From: Obrimoposthia wandeli
Taxonomy: Eukaryota
Assembly: GCA_977020255.1 (NCBI GenBank)
Contig: CDROCS010002814.1
Span: forward strand, 62,001-126,000
Length of the DNA: 64,000 nt
Direction: 5' to 3'
Below are positions 40,027 through 50,829 of the stretch, one piece after another. The notes below the pieces were generated by a model that had not been told where the DNA came from, did not search any database, and worked only from the letters and a program-made list of their open reading frames with translations. The number at the start of each line of letters is the position of its first letter. Position 1 is the first letter of the stretch. Made by a program: the position numbers and the translations under genes.

Positions 40027-40860
40027 ATGACTTTGTTGAATAAAATTATAACCTTAGGCCCTAGCGGAACTTACTCAGAATTGGCAACTAAAAATTATCT
40101 GTCACAGCATAATTTGCCTTTAGAAATCCTCTATTACAACTCAATAGGCCAGTCTTTAAATGCGATTGGTAAAGATGCGAATTTAGGGATATTACCCATT
40201 GAAAATTTTTCAGAAGGGTTTGTTAATCTTGTTTTAGATCATCTTATCAATGCAGAGCTATATATCTGTGCAGAGTTGTTGTTACCTATTCAATTTTCGC
40301 TGGTAAGCCACTGTGACAGCGCTATTGATATAGACACTGTATATGTACAGTTCGTGGCGAAAGGTCAGTGTGCTGAGTATTTAGACACCTTATCGGGCAC
40401 CCGCTTTGTAAGTACCGAAAGTAATACTCAAACGCTACTAGAAATTGAAGGAAATAAACACGCGGCAGCGGTAATTCCAAGTCACCTATTAAAAGATCAA
40501 AGATTTAACCACGTAGTTGAAAATATTACTGATTATAAAAACAACCAAACGCGTTTTTTACTGTTCTCAGATCAGCCTAACCTTTCTTATAATGGTAATT
40601 CTAGTGCTTATAAAACCAGTATTTTGGTGTTTTTTCATGATGATTATCCAGGGTTTTTAGAAGGGGTACTGAGTAAGTTTACTGAGTATAAAATAAACTT
40701 AACCTCGATAGTTTCAAGACCGACTCGACAAACTTTTGGTCACTATCATTTCTTTATTGATTTAGAAGGGCATCAGCAAGATGTGCAAGTCGCTGCTGCA
40801 TTAAGCGAAGTTCAACACGAATATCGAGTGAAAGTGTTAGGCTCTTACCTTAAGTCATAG
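40027..40860 (+). CDS. pheA: Monofunctional prephenate dehydratase with ACT domain
   Basis: LGPSGTYS, PIENFSEG, NQTRF and SRPTR..Y.FFIDLEGH; no chorismate mutase domain. Confidence 0.85.
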   Translation: MTLLNKIITLGPSGTYSELATKNYLSQHNLPLEILYYNSIGQSLNAIGKDANLGILPIENFSEGFVNLVLDHLINAELYICAELLLPIQFSLVSHCDSAIDIDTVYVQFVAKGQCAEYLDTLSGTRFVSTESNTQTLLEIEGNKHAAAVIPSHLLKDQRFNHVVENITDYKNNQTRFLLFSDQPNLSYNGNSSAYKTSILVFFHDDYPGFLEGVLSKFTEYKINLTSIVSRPTRQTFGHYHFFIDLEGHQQDVQVAAALSEVQHEYRVKVLGSYLKS

Positions 40861-41028
40861 CTGGCATGTAATAAGCAGTGCACGCTTTTGTTGTTGATAG
40901 TGATGCTTAATAATTTTTTAAGTAGGTTCGCAAAGTATAATAGCCTTCCGCTATGCATAGAAATACTTACAGATGTCATCAATACACGTTTGTTACTCTA
41001 TAGATAAAGTTAGGCGCATAAGATCAGT

Positions 41029-41583
41029 TTAGAGATCTGCAGGGTTGATAAGCGCCGTTAATATATGATCTTGCCACTTACCGGCTATTTTTAAATAGGC
41101 GGGCGAATAGCCTTCTCGCTCAAAACCTAACGCATTTAACACATTCTCACTGCGGTTATTGGTTGGAATATAATTAGCCATTATTCTATGAAACTTTTGC
41201 TTAGTAAACATGTAGTTAATAGATGCTTCAAGCGCTTCTTTCATAAGTCCTTGCCCTTGATGATCAACCGAGATCGCATAGCCTAAATGGCATGCCTGCA
41301 TAGCACCACGTACTGCATTGGCAAAGTTACAAACACCTAATACTTCATCATTTTTTTTATTAAGGATAACAAAGTGGAAAGCAGATTGTTGCTTAAAGGA
41401 GAGTAGCGCGCTTTTTATACGAAGCTCAATCTCAAGCTGGCTAGTATAATCAGGGTCACGTACTGGTTCCCAGGGGGCTAAATGTTCTTTGTTGAGTTGC
41501 AAGTATCTTCTCAATAAAGGAAATTCTTGCGGTATAAGCAAACCGATATTCAAACGTTTGGTTTCTATGATGGTAATGGCCAT
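41029..41583 (-). CDS. rimJ: Ribosomal protein S5 alanine N-acetyltransferase (GNAT)
   Basis: HLAPWEP, ACHLGYAI...QGQGLM, HRIMANYIPTNNRS and GKWQDHILTALIN. Confidence 0.88.
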   Translation of the reverse strand: MAITIIETKRLNIGLLIPQEFPLLRRYLQLNKEHLAPWEPVRDPDYTSQLEIELRIKSALLSFKQQSAFHFVILNKKNDEVLGVCNFANAVRGAMQACHLGYAISVDHQGQGLMKEALEASINYMFTKQKFHRIMANYIPTNNRSENVLNALGFEREGYSPAYLKIAGKWQDHILTALINPADL

Positions 41584-42143
41584 TAATGGTTTTCCTTACT
41601 CATTTGATGAACTTATTTGCACTTTGGAAAAGGGGGGCAAAGTTCAGGTCTGAGCATTACTTTTCTATTTTATAGAATGCATTGAAAATATGACAAAATA
41701 TACGTGTGTGATTTTTATTGCAAGATTTTCAAGAATTTATATCTATTATTTTGGCTGGGCTTGATTAGCAATTCCTGCATTGACATTGTTCGAAGAAAAG
41801 GTGAGAAGGTGGAAACGGTTCACAGTGAACATCCCCATAAACTCGCTAATTGTATTTTAATCCACTGCTGTGATTTACATATTAAGCCGGAAACTCTCTT
41901 TGACCATGAGGATTATCATAGCAAAACTTACATTCCCAGCTTATGGATCAGTAACGGGCCTTCTCCGTGATGAGCAAAGTAAAGGCTATTGGTTATGTTT
42001 CCAGTGCCTGGAGGCAGGATAATTTGTAACGAGTGGCTGCTAGATGAAAAGTGCTGTCTCGATATGAGCTCGATTAGATAGGGGCAGGTGATTTTGCCCC
42101 TACTCCCATCTATTTCAAGTTAATACCTTGGAGTATCTATGTT

Positions 42144-42899
42144 TTATTGTTTCTTGAGCTTAAACCAGCTCAATGGTTTTGTACTTGATAAAAGCGGTAT
42201 TATTTGTACAAACAAAACTGAACCAATCACTAAGAAAATGCCACAAACGCCCCATATATCTATTTCGTTACTTTTTATTATTGCTGGCCACCAGTTAAGT
42301 GTGACGACCAAAGCTGCAATAATAAAACTAAAAACTGGCGCAAGTGCAACTGTCGCACCCACTTGAGCAGTTGGCCAATACTTCATAGCTTGGCCGAAAC
42401 TGCCATAGGCTATTAAAGTATTGATAGCGCAGAACAACGCTACCAACCACTGGTTTGAATTCATATCTACGAGTGCATTGAGATCACAAAAAGGTAACAT
42501 CAGTACTAAGCCTGCACCATAAACGTATAGTAGCACGTTACCAGGGCTAAGCTTGTGGTTTAAAGTTTTTTGTAATAATGCGTAGCAGGTCCAAGATAGT
42601 GCTGAGAACTGTACTAATATAATCCCTATCCATATCTGATCTGCTTGAGTCCTTGAGAAGTCTAAATAGGGATGAAAAAACAGTAGCATTCCAAGAGCCA
42701 AGGTCGCGAAGCAAGTTAATTGCAGCGCACTTAATCGTTCTTTAAAGAATAACACTCCTCCAAACGCTAAGAAAAAAGGGGCGGTTTGAAAATTCAATTG
42801 AGCAGGACCTGGCTCTAAGTATTCCAAGCAATACACAAAGGTGATGTAGTTCGTCAACGAAAAGCATGCGGCTAGTGTAAGCAAGCACCAATCTTTCAT
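42144..42899 (-). pseudogene. EamA/DMT-family transporter lacking an intact first ~45-50 codons
   Basis: ORF begins mid-repeat (KDWCLLTLAACFSLTNYITF). Upstream 42900-43000 carries stop-interrupted remnants (QLNPDT, QFLAGNLDQFKH); 251 aa against ~300 aa typical. Confidence 0.55.
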
Positions 42900-43199
42900 T
42901 TTTATGTGTTTGAACTGGTCTAAATTACCGGCCAGAAACTGCCTTACAGTCTCTAGGGAATGGATGTGTCAGGATTAAGTTGTTATACCTTAAAGGAGAG
43001 TAATGATACGCATGTCGTCTTTCTGCTACTGATGATGTTATTTTCTGTTGAAGTTTTATCAGCATAAACACCACTTATTCAGTATAAAACTTTATTCTTC
43101 GACGAGCGTTATAAATAGAATGCTCAAGGGAGCTGTTTATTGAATATAGGGGTTTTATCTGCAGGTGCATAAAAGGAAAAATGGAGGGGGCGGTGTACG

Positions 43200-43237
43200 A
43201 AAGCCGAGGTTATTAAAGTTAATAAAACAGCGGCTTT
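43200..43237. terminator. Stem-loop after scoB
   Basis: AAAGCCG...CGGCTTT with an inner TTATTAA/TTAATAA stem. Confidence 0.45.
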
Positions 43238-43256
43238 GTAATTTAAGGGAAGTTAA

Positions 43257-43913
43257 TTAGAATTCAATTTCAGGTACGAAATCAGGCACAATTAATTTGC
43301 CGGCGGTTTTAGCCACTATTTCATCAATAGAGACCCCTGGTGCGCGTTCTTTTAAAATAAATGCTTGATCTGATATTTCCAAATAAGCCAAATCAGTGAG
43401 TACTTTTTTGATACATCCAGCGCCTGTTAAGGGGAGTGTGCATCTATCTAATAGTTTGGATTCACCATGTTTTGATGCGTGGGTCATGGTAACGATAATA
43501 TTATCAGCACCGGCGACTAAATCCATCGCTCCTCCCATCCCTTTGATTAGTTTTTTCGGAATCATCCACGATGCAATATTTCCGAGAACATCGACTTCAA
43601 ACGCGCCAAGAACGGTTAAATCAACATGTCCGCCACGTATCATGGCGAAAGATTCTGCAGAAGAGAATATTGATGCACCAGTTGCAGCTGTCACGGTTTG
43701 TTTGCCAGCATTAATCATATCGGCATCTACTTCGCTGTCAGTTGGAAAAGGGCCCATACCTAACAAGCCGTTTTCAGATTGCAGCATAACCTCAATATCA
43801 TCGGGTATATAGTTAGCCACTAAAGTGGGAATACCTATGCCTAGGTTGACATAAAACCCATCTTGTAATTCGCGGGCAACTCTTATAGCAATTTGTTCGC
43901 GCGTCAGTGCCAT
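43257..43913 (-). CDS. scoB: 3-oxoacid CoA-transferase subunit B
   Basis: YVNLGIGIPT, LQSENG (catalytic Glu) and GMGGAMDL; ATG 43913. Confidence 0.95.
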   Translation of the reverse strand: MALTREQIAIRVARELQDGFYVNLGIGIPTLVANYIPDDIEVMLQSENGLLGMGPFPTDSEVDADMINAGKQTVTAATGASIFSSAESFAMIRGGHVDLTVLGAFEVDVLGNIASWMIPKKLIKGMGGAMDLVAGADNIIVTMTHASKHGESKLLDRCTLPLTGAGCIKKVLTDLAYLEISDQAFILKERAPGVSIDEIVAKTAGKLIVPDFVPEIEF

Positions 43914-44081
43914 CGTCTTTTTGCTCCTTGCTATGTTGCTTAGAATCAACATAACTTAATTCTTTGAATAAATTATTAAGGCTGCTTTAGTGATACATCA
44001 CAGACAATATTTTTATCGTAATGCCAGGAAATGCGAGCCTTCAATTTTTTGTGTATTGAGATTGAAAGGTAAAAAGCGCCC

Positions 44082-44780
44082 TTAGTTTTTAACTGTACGT
44101 TGCTCTATGCGCTTTTCAAAATTACCTTTAATAACACGATTCACATAAATACCAGGGGTATGGATTTGAGAAGGATCTAATTCACCAGGCTCTACGATTT
44201 CTTCAACTTCAACCACGGTTATTTTTCCAGCAGTTGCTGCAAGTGGGTTAAAATTTTGCGCAGTATGGCGATAAATAACATTACCAAAGGTATCCGCTTT
44301 CCAGCCTTTTACGATCGCGAAATCACCTGTAATCGCTTCTTCTAAAATATAAGAGCGATCTGCGAATTTGCGAACTTCTTTGCCATCACCCACGGGCGTA
44401 CCAAATCCGGTTGCCGTATAAAAGGCGGGGATGCCTGCACCGCCTGCACGCATTTTTTCAGCTAAGGTTCCTTGAGGCGTTAATTCAACTTCAAGCTCTC
44501 CTGCTAGCAGCTGCTGTTCAAAAAGAGCATTTTCACCGACGTATGAAGATACCATTTTCTTAATTTGCCTATCTTCTAACAAAATGCCTAAGCCAAAACC
44601 ATCGACACCGCAGTTATTTGATACAACGGTTAAATCTTTTACACCAGATTTTTTTATTTGAGAGATTAAGTTCTCAGGGATGCCGCAAAGGCCAAATCCA
44701 CCTGCTAAAACGGTCATGCCATCTTCTAGACCAGCCATTGCTTCTTCGTAGCTGTTTACTACTTTATTAAAACCAGACAT
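44082..44780 (-). CDS. scoA: 3-oxoacid CoA-transferase subunit A
   Basis: [31 protein letters not shown] and IHTPGIYV. Confidence 0.95.
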   Translation of the reverse strand: MSGFNKVVNSYEEAMAGLEDGMTVLAGGFGLCGIPENLISQIKKSGVKDLTVVSNNCGVDGFGLGILLEDRQIKKMVSSYVGENALFEQQLLAGELEVELTPQGTLAEKMRAGGAGIPAFYTATGFGTPVGDGKEVRKFADRSYILEEAITGDFAIVKGWKADTFGNVIYRHTAQNFNPLAATAGKITVVEVEEIVEPGELDPSQIHTPGIYVNRVIKGNFEKRIEQRTVKN

Positions 44781-45096
44781 AAAATTCCTCCGTGCTCAGT
44801 ATGAGATGTTAGGCAGAGTTTGTCTGATGATTCACAATTTATCAAATTAAAAAAATATAAATATTTATTTAATTATTTTATGAATCGAAAAGATCTGATA
44901 AACTTTTAAATATAAACCTTGAGGAGTCGACAGAGTTTATAAAATAAAAAGTTATTAATAGCATAAACAACAAGCAAATTTTTGAGCGATTGTTTATAAA
45001 CATTAAAGACATAAATGATAGTTTAGCGTGCTCCTCATTTTAGATATCTACTCATGTAGATTGAAGGCTAGCTAACTACACCAGATAACAAAGGAA

Positions 45097-45999
45097 ATGT
45101 ATTTGAATACTCGTTTTACAGTAAAACAGTTGCGTGCTTTTGTTGCGGTTGCAAAGACACGCAGCTTCACTGAAGCTTGCGAGCAAGTGCATTTATCCCA
45201 ACCGGCACTGAGTATTGCGATTAAAAACTTAGAAGATACGCTCGGTGGGAAACTGTTGGTGAGAACAACAAGAGCCTTAAGATTAACGCCTGAAGGGGAT
45301 GCTTTCTATAAAACAGCTATGCGTCTATTAACTGATTGGGATGATGCTTTTGAAGAAGTTCAAAGCCGTTTCTCTCTTTATCGTGGCAAGATAGCCATTT
45401 CTTGTATGCCATCTTTTGCAGGCAACCAATTGCCGAGTGTTTTACTGAAGTTTAGAGAAAAGCATCCTGATATTAATATAGCGGTGCATGACGTTATTGC
45501 CGAAGAGGTTGTGGAAATGGTGCGCAGCGGAAGAGTTGAAATAGGCATTAGTTTCGACCCAGGTGATGCTGATGACCTGTTATTTCAGCCTTTGTTTGAA
45601 GACGTTTTTATTGCAGCGATCCCGTTAGGTCACCCGTTGGCTGCAAAAAAGCAGTTAACTTGGGAGCAGATAGTGGATCAAGATTTAATTTCATTACAAA
45701 GGCCTTCCAGCATGCGTTTGCAAATTGAAAGAGAGCTGCACAAAATAGATTTACAACTCAATGTCTCTTATGAGGCTCATCAGTTATCGACAATAGGGCG
45801 CATGGTAGCCACGGGTTTAGGGATAGGTTTAGTGCCGACATTATGTGCTCAGCAAATGCGAGAGTTAGGCACAATATGTCGACCATTAGTTGACCCCATT
45901 ATATCCCGTAAAGTGGGTATTATTACACGCAAGAGGTCTGCCTTGTCTGCCGCTGCACAAGGGGTGGTCAATGAGTTAATGCTGTGTGTTAAAGAGTAA
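45097..45999 (+). CDS. LysR-family regulator divergent from scoAB
   Basis: SFTEACEQVHLSQPALSIAIKNLE...LLVRTTR. Confidence 0.93.
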   Translation: MYLNTRFTVKQLRAFVAVAKTRSFTEACEQVHLSQPALSIAIKNLEDTLGGKLLVRTTRALRLTPEGDAFYKTAMRLLTDWDDAFEEVQSRFSLYRGKIAISCMPSFAGNQLPSVLLKFREKHPDINIAVHDVIAEEVVEMVRSGRVEIGISFDPGDADDLLFQPLFEDVFIAAIPLGHPLAAKKQLTWEQIVDQDLISLQRPSSMRLQIERELHKIDLQLNVSYEAHQLSTIGRMVATGLGIGLVPTLCAQQMRELGTICRPLVDPIISRKVGIITRKRSALSAAAQGVVNELMLCVKE

Positions 46000-46010
46000 T
46001 TTTAGAACGC

Positions 46011-46049
46011 TTGATGCAACAATTTGATACAACAATTTGATACAACAAA
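46011..46049 (+). repeat. 13-bp tandem repeat x3
   Basis: TTGATGCAACAAT TTGATACAACAAT TTGATACAACAAA. Confidence 0.85.
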
Positions 46050-46097
46050 GAGAAGACTGAGCGGTACCATTTCACAGACCTTTCCTTAGTTTATTTT

Positions 46098-46118
46098 TGT
46101 TTCATGTTTCATGTTTCA
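46098..46118 (+). repeat. 7-bp tandem repeat x3
   Basis: TGTTTCA x3. Confidence 0.8.
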
Positions 46119-46159
46119 CGGTACATTTCAGGCTGCTATTTTGTGAAGGGTAATTTTAA

Positions 46160-46790
46160 AATATTCTTAATGGTGTTTTACTGATTATGGAGGTACTAGC
46201 CGCTATTTTTGATAATAAGGTAAATCGATAGTACCTTATTTATAAGGGCTGACCAGATTGAAATAAACGGCTCCCTTTAGCAATGTGATAATTCTAAAGT
46301 GGGTCCATTCACTAGGTTGTCAAAGTGGGCAGTTGACAGTTCAACTTCCTATAAGATGTGCAATGTATCGGCATATCTAGGTCGGATCTTGCAAACTTAA
46401 GCCCGTTATGACTAAACTTCAAAGTAGCATTTGCTTAATGAAGCACTCAAAATTACCCTGTCTATAACTGCTTAGACTGCAATGTAATCTCAGTTTCTTC
46501 AAAGATCGAAAATTTCTCCTTAGATTTTACGGAGATTTATAGAAGTAAAATCAATTTATCGAAATCTCCTGCATAGTTAGGATAATGCTGAAACATTGTT
46601 AGATCGCTTATAATTAGATCGCCTAAATCATTTTGACTCTATGCCGAAGTTTGTTGCCGGGTATTTAGGGTCGATTATAAAGCACTCAATATAGTTCAAC
46701 TTTTTTAGAGATTTAATGTTCCGTAAATTTCGCTATCTTGAATTGAAAGCTAATGTGTCAGTGGCTTTCACATTCCTCCAATTCAAGCAT
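46160..46790 (-). pseudogene. Degraded ORF of unknown family
   Basis: Long stop-poor peptide stretches on the minus strand (NLRNIKSLKKLNYIECFIIDPKYP; DLTMFQHYPNYAGDFDKLIL; LKFSHNGLKFARSDLDMPIHC) broken by stops and shifts. Confidence 0.4.
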
Positions 46791-47098
46791 TTAAAATAAC
46801 TCAAAAGAAAATACCGATAGCTGAACTGGGTTCAACATGGGAGGTTATTGAATGTGTGTAATAAAAACAAAAATACAGTTTTGAGTAATCTCATAAATTT
46901 TAGTTAATAGCTGTGAATGTACTATTAAGCATTAGTGATTTTACATTTAAGGATAATAAAATGTACAAAAGTATCATGCAACAATCTATTAGAGGTTGCG
47001 CCCTTACGCTTTCTGTAGCATGCTTGCGCCCTTATAATTAGGCCGTTTTAGCAGGCTGTAGCGCTAATTTGTCACTTTAAGTTTGAGTAGTATGTTCT

Positions 47099-47878
47099 AT
47101 GTATAAACTAATTTATGCTAATGATGATTTTATCGTCGTTTCTAAGCCTGCTTTTGTCAGTGTGCATTGTGATGAGAATAAAACAGGCTTTGCCGCTCAG
47201 TTATCTAAACAGTTAAATTGTCAGTTATTTGTTGTTCATCGGTTGGATAAAGTAACTTCTGGGTTAATGATTTTCGCCAAAACTGCTCAGGCAGCAGCGC
47301 ATTTTGGTAAGTTATTTGAGAGCCGAGTCATAGCTAAATATTATTTAGCTATCAGTGGCAAAAAGGGGAAGAAAAAACAAGGTACTGTTAAAGGAGATAT
47401 GGAAAAATCAAGGCGCATGTCATGGATACTACTAAAATCAATGAGTAATCCTGCTATTACTCGCTTTGTCAGTAAGAGCTACCGACAGGGAATGCGCGTT
47501 TTCTTGCTCAAACCAGAAACGGGTAAAACGCATCAACTTAGAGTCGCTTTGAAAAGTATAGGCGCCCCTATTATTGGAGATCCTATTTATAGCGCATCTG
47601 CAAACGAGACAAAAAACAGCATTAACCAGTCTGGTAGCAATCATCATCAACATGCGAATCCTGCGTGTGCCGGCGCTATTAAAGTAGAAGAAAACCGGGC
47701 AATATCAAATTTTGATCGATGTTACCTGCATGCTTGGCAGCTATATTTCAACTACAATGGTCAGGCGTTTCATTTTAGACAAGATCCTGATCAAGGGCAC
47801 TTATTCTTGAACACTGATTTTTCTGAAGCACTCGAGCAGTGGTCTAATTTAGAAGACATACAATGGTCAAAAAGCTAA
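47099..47878 (+). CDS. RluA-family pseudouridine synthase (TIGR01621-like)
   Basis: VHRLDKVTSG (catalytic Asp), TGKTHQLRVAL..IGAPIIGDPIY and YLHAWQL. Confidence 0.9.
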   Translation: MYKLIYANDDFIVVSKPAFVSVHCDENKTGFAAQLSKQLNCQLFVVHRLDKVTSGLMIFAKTAQAAAHFGKLFESRVIAKYYLAISGKKGKKKQGTVKGDMEKSRRMSWILLKSMSNPAITRFVSKSYRQGMRVFLLKPETGKTHQLRVALKSIGAPIIGDPIYSASANETKNSINQSGSNHHQHANPACAGAIKVEENRAISNFDRCYLHAWQLYFNYNGQAFHFRQDPDQGHLFLNTDFSEALEQWSNLEDIQWSKS

Positions 47879-47977
47879 CGCAATAAAGTATCTGTTCAAC
47901 TATAAGTTGGCAATACAGTGCGATATTAAAAATTGAATAATTTAATATTAATCTCAATAAATAAGAGAGTAATTACA

Positions 47978-48190
47978 ATGAACGAGAGAAAAAACAGAGA
48001 TTTTACACAGCGCAGTAAAGAAGATCAGCAAGCTTTTATTGAAAATACTTGGTGTGATGAGTGCCAAAAAGAGAATCTAGGGCTAAAAGAGGCACATGAG
48101 TATGAACTAGAAGGCACTATTTATATAGAAGGAAAGTGTAACCGTTGTTCTAGTGTGGTAGTAACAGAAATTACTGACGATGAATTCTAA
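47978..48190 (+). CDS. Small hypothetical zinc-ribbon-like protein
   Basis: WCDEC and KCNRC pairs; ATG 47978 follows an agag RBS-like sequence. Confidence 0.7.
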   Translation: MNERKNRDFTQRSKEDQQAFIENTWCDECQKENLGLKEAHEYELEGTIYIEGKCNRCSSVVVTEITDDEF

Positions 48191-48331
48191 CCACTTACTG
48201 ATGCTTAATGATACCTAGGACCTAGTTGTAATTAACAGGGTAAAGGGAATTGGGTGTTTATTAGTGTGGTTAATATGATTATCTATCGCGACAAAACACT
48301 ATATTTATCAGTATAAATTTATCAATGTGGA

Positions 48332-49126
48332 GTGTTTTCAATCGTGTCAGGATATGAACAGAGATTTTCCGGTACCGAACGTATTTACGGAACTTTAGGT
48401 TTGCAAAAATTTAACCAGTCACATGTTTGCGTATTAGGCATTGGTGGGGTGGGTTCCTGGGTCGCAGAAGCACTGGCACGTTCAGGCATTGGCGAAATTA
48501 CTTTAGTCGATGCTGATGATATCTGTATTACGAATACTAACAGACAAGTGCATGCCTTAGATAAAACGGTTGGGCAAATTAAAACGCAGGCGATGGCAGA
48601 GCGTATAGTTCAGATCAATCCTGACTGCTTGGTTCATTGTGAAACGTTATTCATTAATAGCACTAACGTACGTGAGATCATAAACACATCGATGGACTAT
48701 GTGGTCGATGCGATTGATAGCGTTAATGACAAAGCATCAGTGATTGCCAGTTGTAAGCGTAGTAAAATAGCAGTGATTACCGTAGGCGGTGCAGGTGGGC
48801 AGTGGGATCCAACTTGTGTAACAACGGCTGATTTAGCACGTACAGTTAATGATCCACTCGCTGCTAAAGTAAGAGCGAAACTGAGAAGAGAGTACAATTT
48901 TAGTAGAAGTGGTAAACGTTTTGCCGTGGAGTGTGTTTACTCTAGTGAACAACTAAAATACCCGCAAGGTGATGGCAGTGTTACAACAACAAAAACGACC
49001 AGTGCTGAAGGAAAATTAGATTGTAATACTGGTTTTGGAGCTGCAACAGTCGTTACAACCACCTTTGCAATGGTGGCTGCTTCTAAGGTATTGACTAAAC
49101 TTATGCAAAAAGCTGAGCAAGAGTAG
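48332..49126 (+). CDS. tcdA: tRNA threonylcarbamoyladenosine dehydratase
   Basis: GIGGVGSWVAEALARSG, TNTNRQVHA, DPLAAKVRAKLR and LDCNTGFGAA. Confidence 0.93.
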   Translation: MFSIVSGYEQRFSGTERIYGTLGLQKFNQSHVCVLGIGGVGSWVAEALARSGIGEITLVDADDICITNTNRQVHALDKTVGQIKTQAMAERIVQINPDCLVHCETLFINSTNVREIINTSMDYVVDAIDSVNDKASVIASCKRSKIAVITVGGAGGQWDPTCVTTADLARTVNDPLAAKVRAKLRREYNFSRSGKRFAVECVYSSEQLKYPQGDGSVTTTKTTSAEGKLDCNTGFGAATVVTTTFAMVAASKVLTKLMQKAEQE

Positions 49127-49159
49127 CTGAGCTGAATTTTTATAACAGAGAGTATTTCC

Positions 49160-49450
49160 TTGAAGCTATTCGCAACCATATATACCGCACTACCTATTGA
49201 TAAACTGGTCGGCGAAATTTGTCTTGATCAATGGGTTTACACAAAACTTGATGAAGGCAAGTACGATATTCAAACAGCAGGCGTTTCCCTTAGCTTAGAA
49301 GGTCGTTCAGAGTTTTTGTTGTTTGGAGAAATCCACTTAACCATGGCAGAAATTGATAGTTGGGCTGGGCAATTAGAAAAGAGCGCAATTAGTTTCAATA
49401 TTGATATACACGGTGATGAGGCAAGGCTGATGCGAAGATACCAGCAATAA
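49160..49450 (+). CDS. Hypothetical protein
   Basis: 96-aa ORF with a TTG start after agag, directly following tcdA; no family recognised. Confidence 0.55.
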   Translation: MKLFATIYTALPIDKLVGEICLDQWVYTKLDEGKYDIQTAGVSLSLEGRSEFLLFGEIHLTMAEIDSWAGQLEKSAISFNIDIHGDEARLMRRYQQ

Positions 49451-49515
49451 CGAGAAGCGTAATATTAAAGGTCCAAGATAACTAATGGCTTCAAAAATGA
49501 GGCGCCTTAGTTTAC

Positions 49516-50829
49516 CTATGTAGTCAAATGCTTACCCAGTCGATGGCCTAAACACATTAAAGTAAAACTTGGTGCAATACCCCATGGCTCGGGGATTACC
49601 GAACCATCACAAATATAAAGCCCTCGCAGATTGGTTTGTAAGTTCTCATCAACTACATCGCCAATTTTGGCTCCACCACCTGGATGAGCGGCAAAGTGAT
49701 GTGATTGAAAAATTTTATTTGCTCCTGCCGTCTCAAGAACATCCCTCGCCATGGCTGTACCAGTATTAAAACGGCCGCGGTCATCACTGCTAAGTGGTTT
49801 GTTAATCCATTTAGGAGCGATGGCCCCACCCAAATCATCTTTGATTTTGACCATTACACTGAGCGTATTTTGATGCGCGAACAATCTATCAAAACGCCCT
49901 ACTTGACTGGCAAAGGCTTGATACAACGGACGCGGTAAAATTAAATCAGAAAGGGTGATGCCTTGTTCAGGAAAATGTACACCCGCTGCCATGGGTACTT
50001 CTTTACCTGCATTTCCATTCTTTAAGTCATCCACAGTACCCATCACTGCAATCACCGGGTCAACAAAATAATTGCGTCCAGCTCGATCAAACCCCGAGTT
50101 CTGCAAAATACGGGGTGATCCGATACCACCAGCGGCCAGAATAATCTTGCCGGCGTATAGCTTGTGGTTGACCCCATCTTTTTGGTATTCAACTCCTTGC
50201 GCTTGCCCATTTTGGTGCAGTATACGGCTAACTTTGGCACCAGTGAGCATCCTTCCGCCATGGCTGATAGTTGCATCAATAAACTCACGGGCAGTCCATT
50301 TGGCGCTATAAGGACAACCATAAGTGCAGCGATGGCAAGCTGCTCGGCACTTATCAATATGAATAAATTTTTCAAGTTTCTGCCAGTCTAAACCAACAGA
50401 ACGTGCACCAGCAAAAATACGCTCTGCCAATGGGCCCACAAGAGAATCTGGCAGTATGTTGATGGGTAATTGTGCCCGCAGTGCAGATATATTACTGCGC
50501 AGGTCAATGCCATATTGCTCGAACATAGGCAAAGGCGGATCCATCAGAGTAGCAAAATTAATTGTCGAAGTGCCACCAGCGGTAATACCGCGCATTACTA
50601 ACGACAGATCAGAATGGACAAAAGCGCCTTTACCCGGTACAGCAGCAATACCCGCCATTTGTAATAGTTCGCCACGTAGCGGTGCTGCATCACCCCATTC
50701 CAACATCACCACCGATTGACCAGCCTCGGCCAATGTTTTGGCCACAGTTGCCCCGCCAGGCCCAGTGCCGACGACAATAGCATCAATAGTTTGATTTACA
50801 TTCAAGTTCTGTGACTTTTCAGGATCCAC
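49516..50829 (-). CDS. GMC-family FAD oxidoreductase with a Cys-rich motif
   Basis: IVVGTGPGG FAD fold, GITAGGTSTIN, CRAACHRCTYGCP, AHPGGG and LYICDGSVIP. Confidence 0.85.
   Translation of the reverse strand: MDPEKSQNLNVNQTIDAIVVGTGPGGATVAKTLAEAGQSVVMLEWGDAAPLRGELLQMAGIAAVPGKGAFVHSDLSLVMRGITAGGTSTINFATLMDPPLPMFEQYGIDLRSNISALRAQLPINILPDSLVGPLAERIFAGARSVGLDWQKLEKFIHIDKCRAACHRCTYGCPYSAKWTAREFIDATISHGGRMLTGAKVSRILHQNGQAQGVEYQKDGVNHKLYAGKIILAAGGIGSPRILQNSGFDRAGRNYFVDPVIAVMGTVDDLKNGNAGKEVPMAAGVHFPEQGITLSDLILPRPLYQAFASQVGRFDRLFAHQNTLSVMVKIKDDLGGAIAPKWINKPLSSDDRGRFNTGTAMARDVLETAGANKIFQSHHFAAHPGGGAKIGDVVDENLQTNLRGLYICDGSVIPEPWGIAPSFTLMCLGHRLGKHLTT

Noticed and set aside
41640-42120. 88-aa ORF 41704-41970 and a minus-strand peptide LPPGTGNITNSLYF
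   Set aside because: No recognisable family or RBS; cannot separate a gene remnant from chance.
46098-46118. TGTTTCA x3 resembling PrpR-like half-sites
   Set aside because: Direct rather than inverted arrangement, downstream of a gene, and no sigma54 promoter nearby; simple microsatellite.
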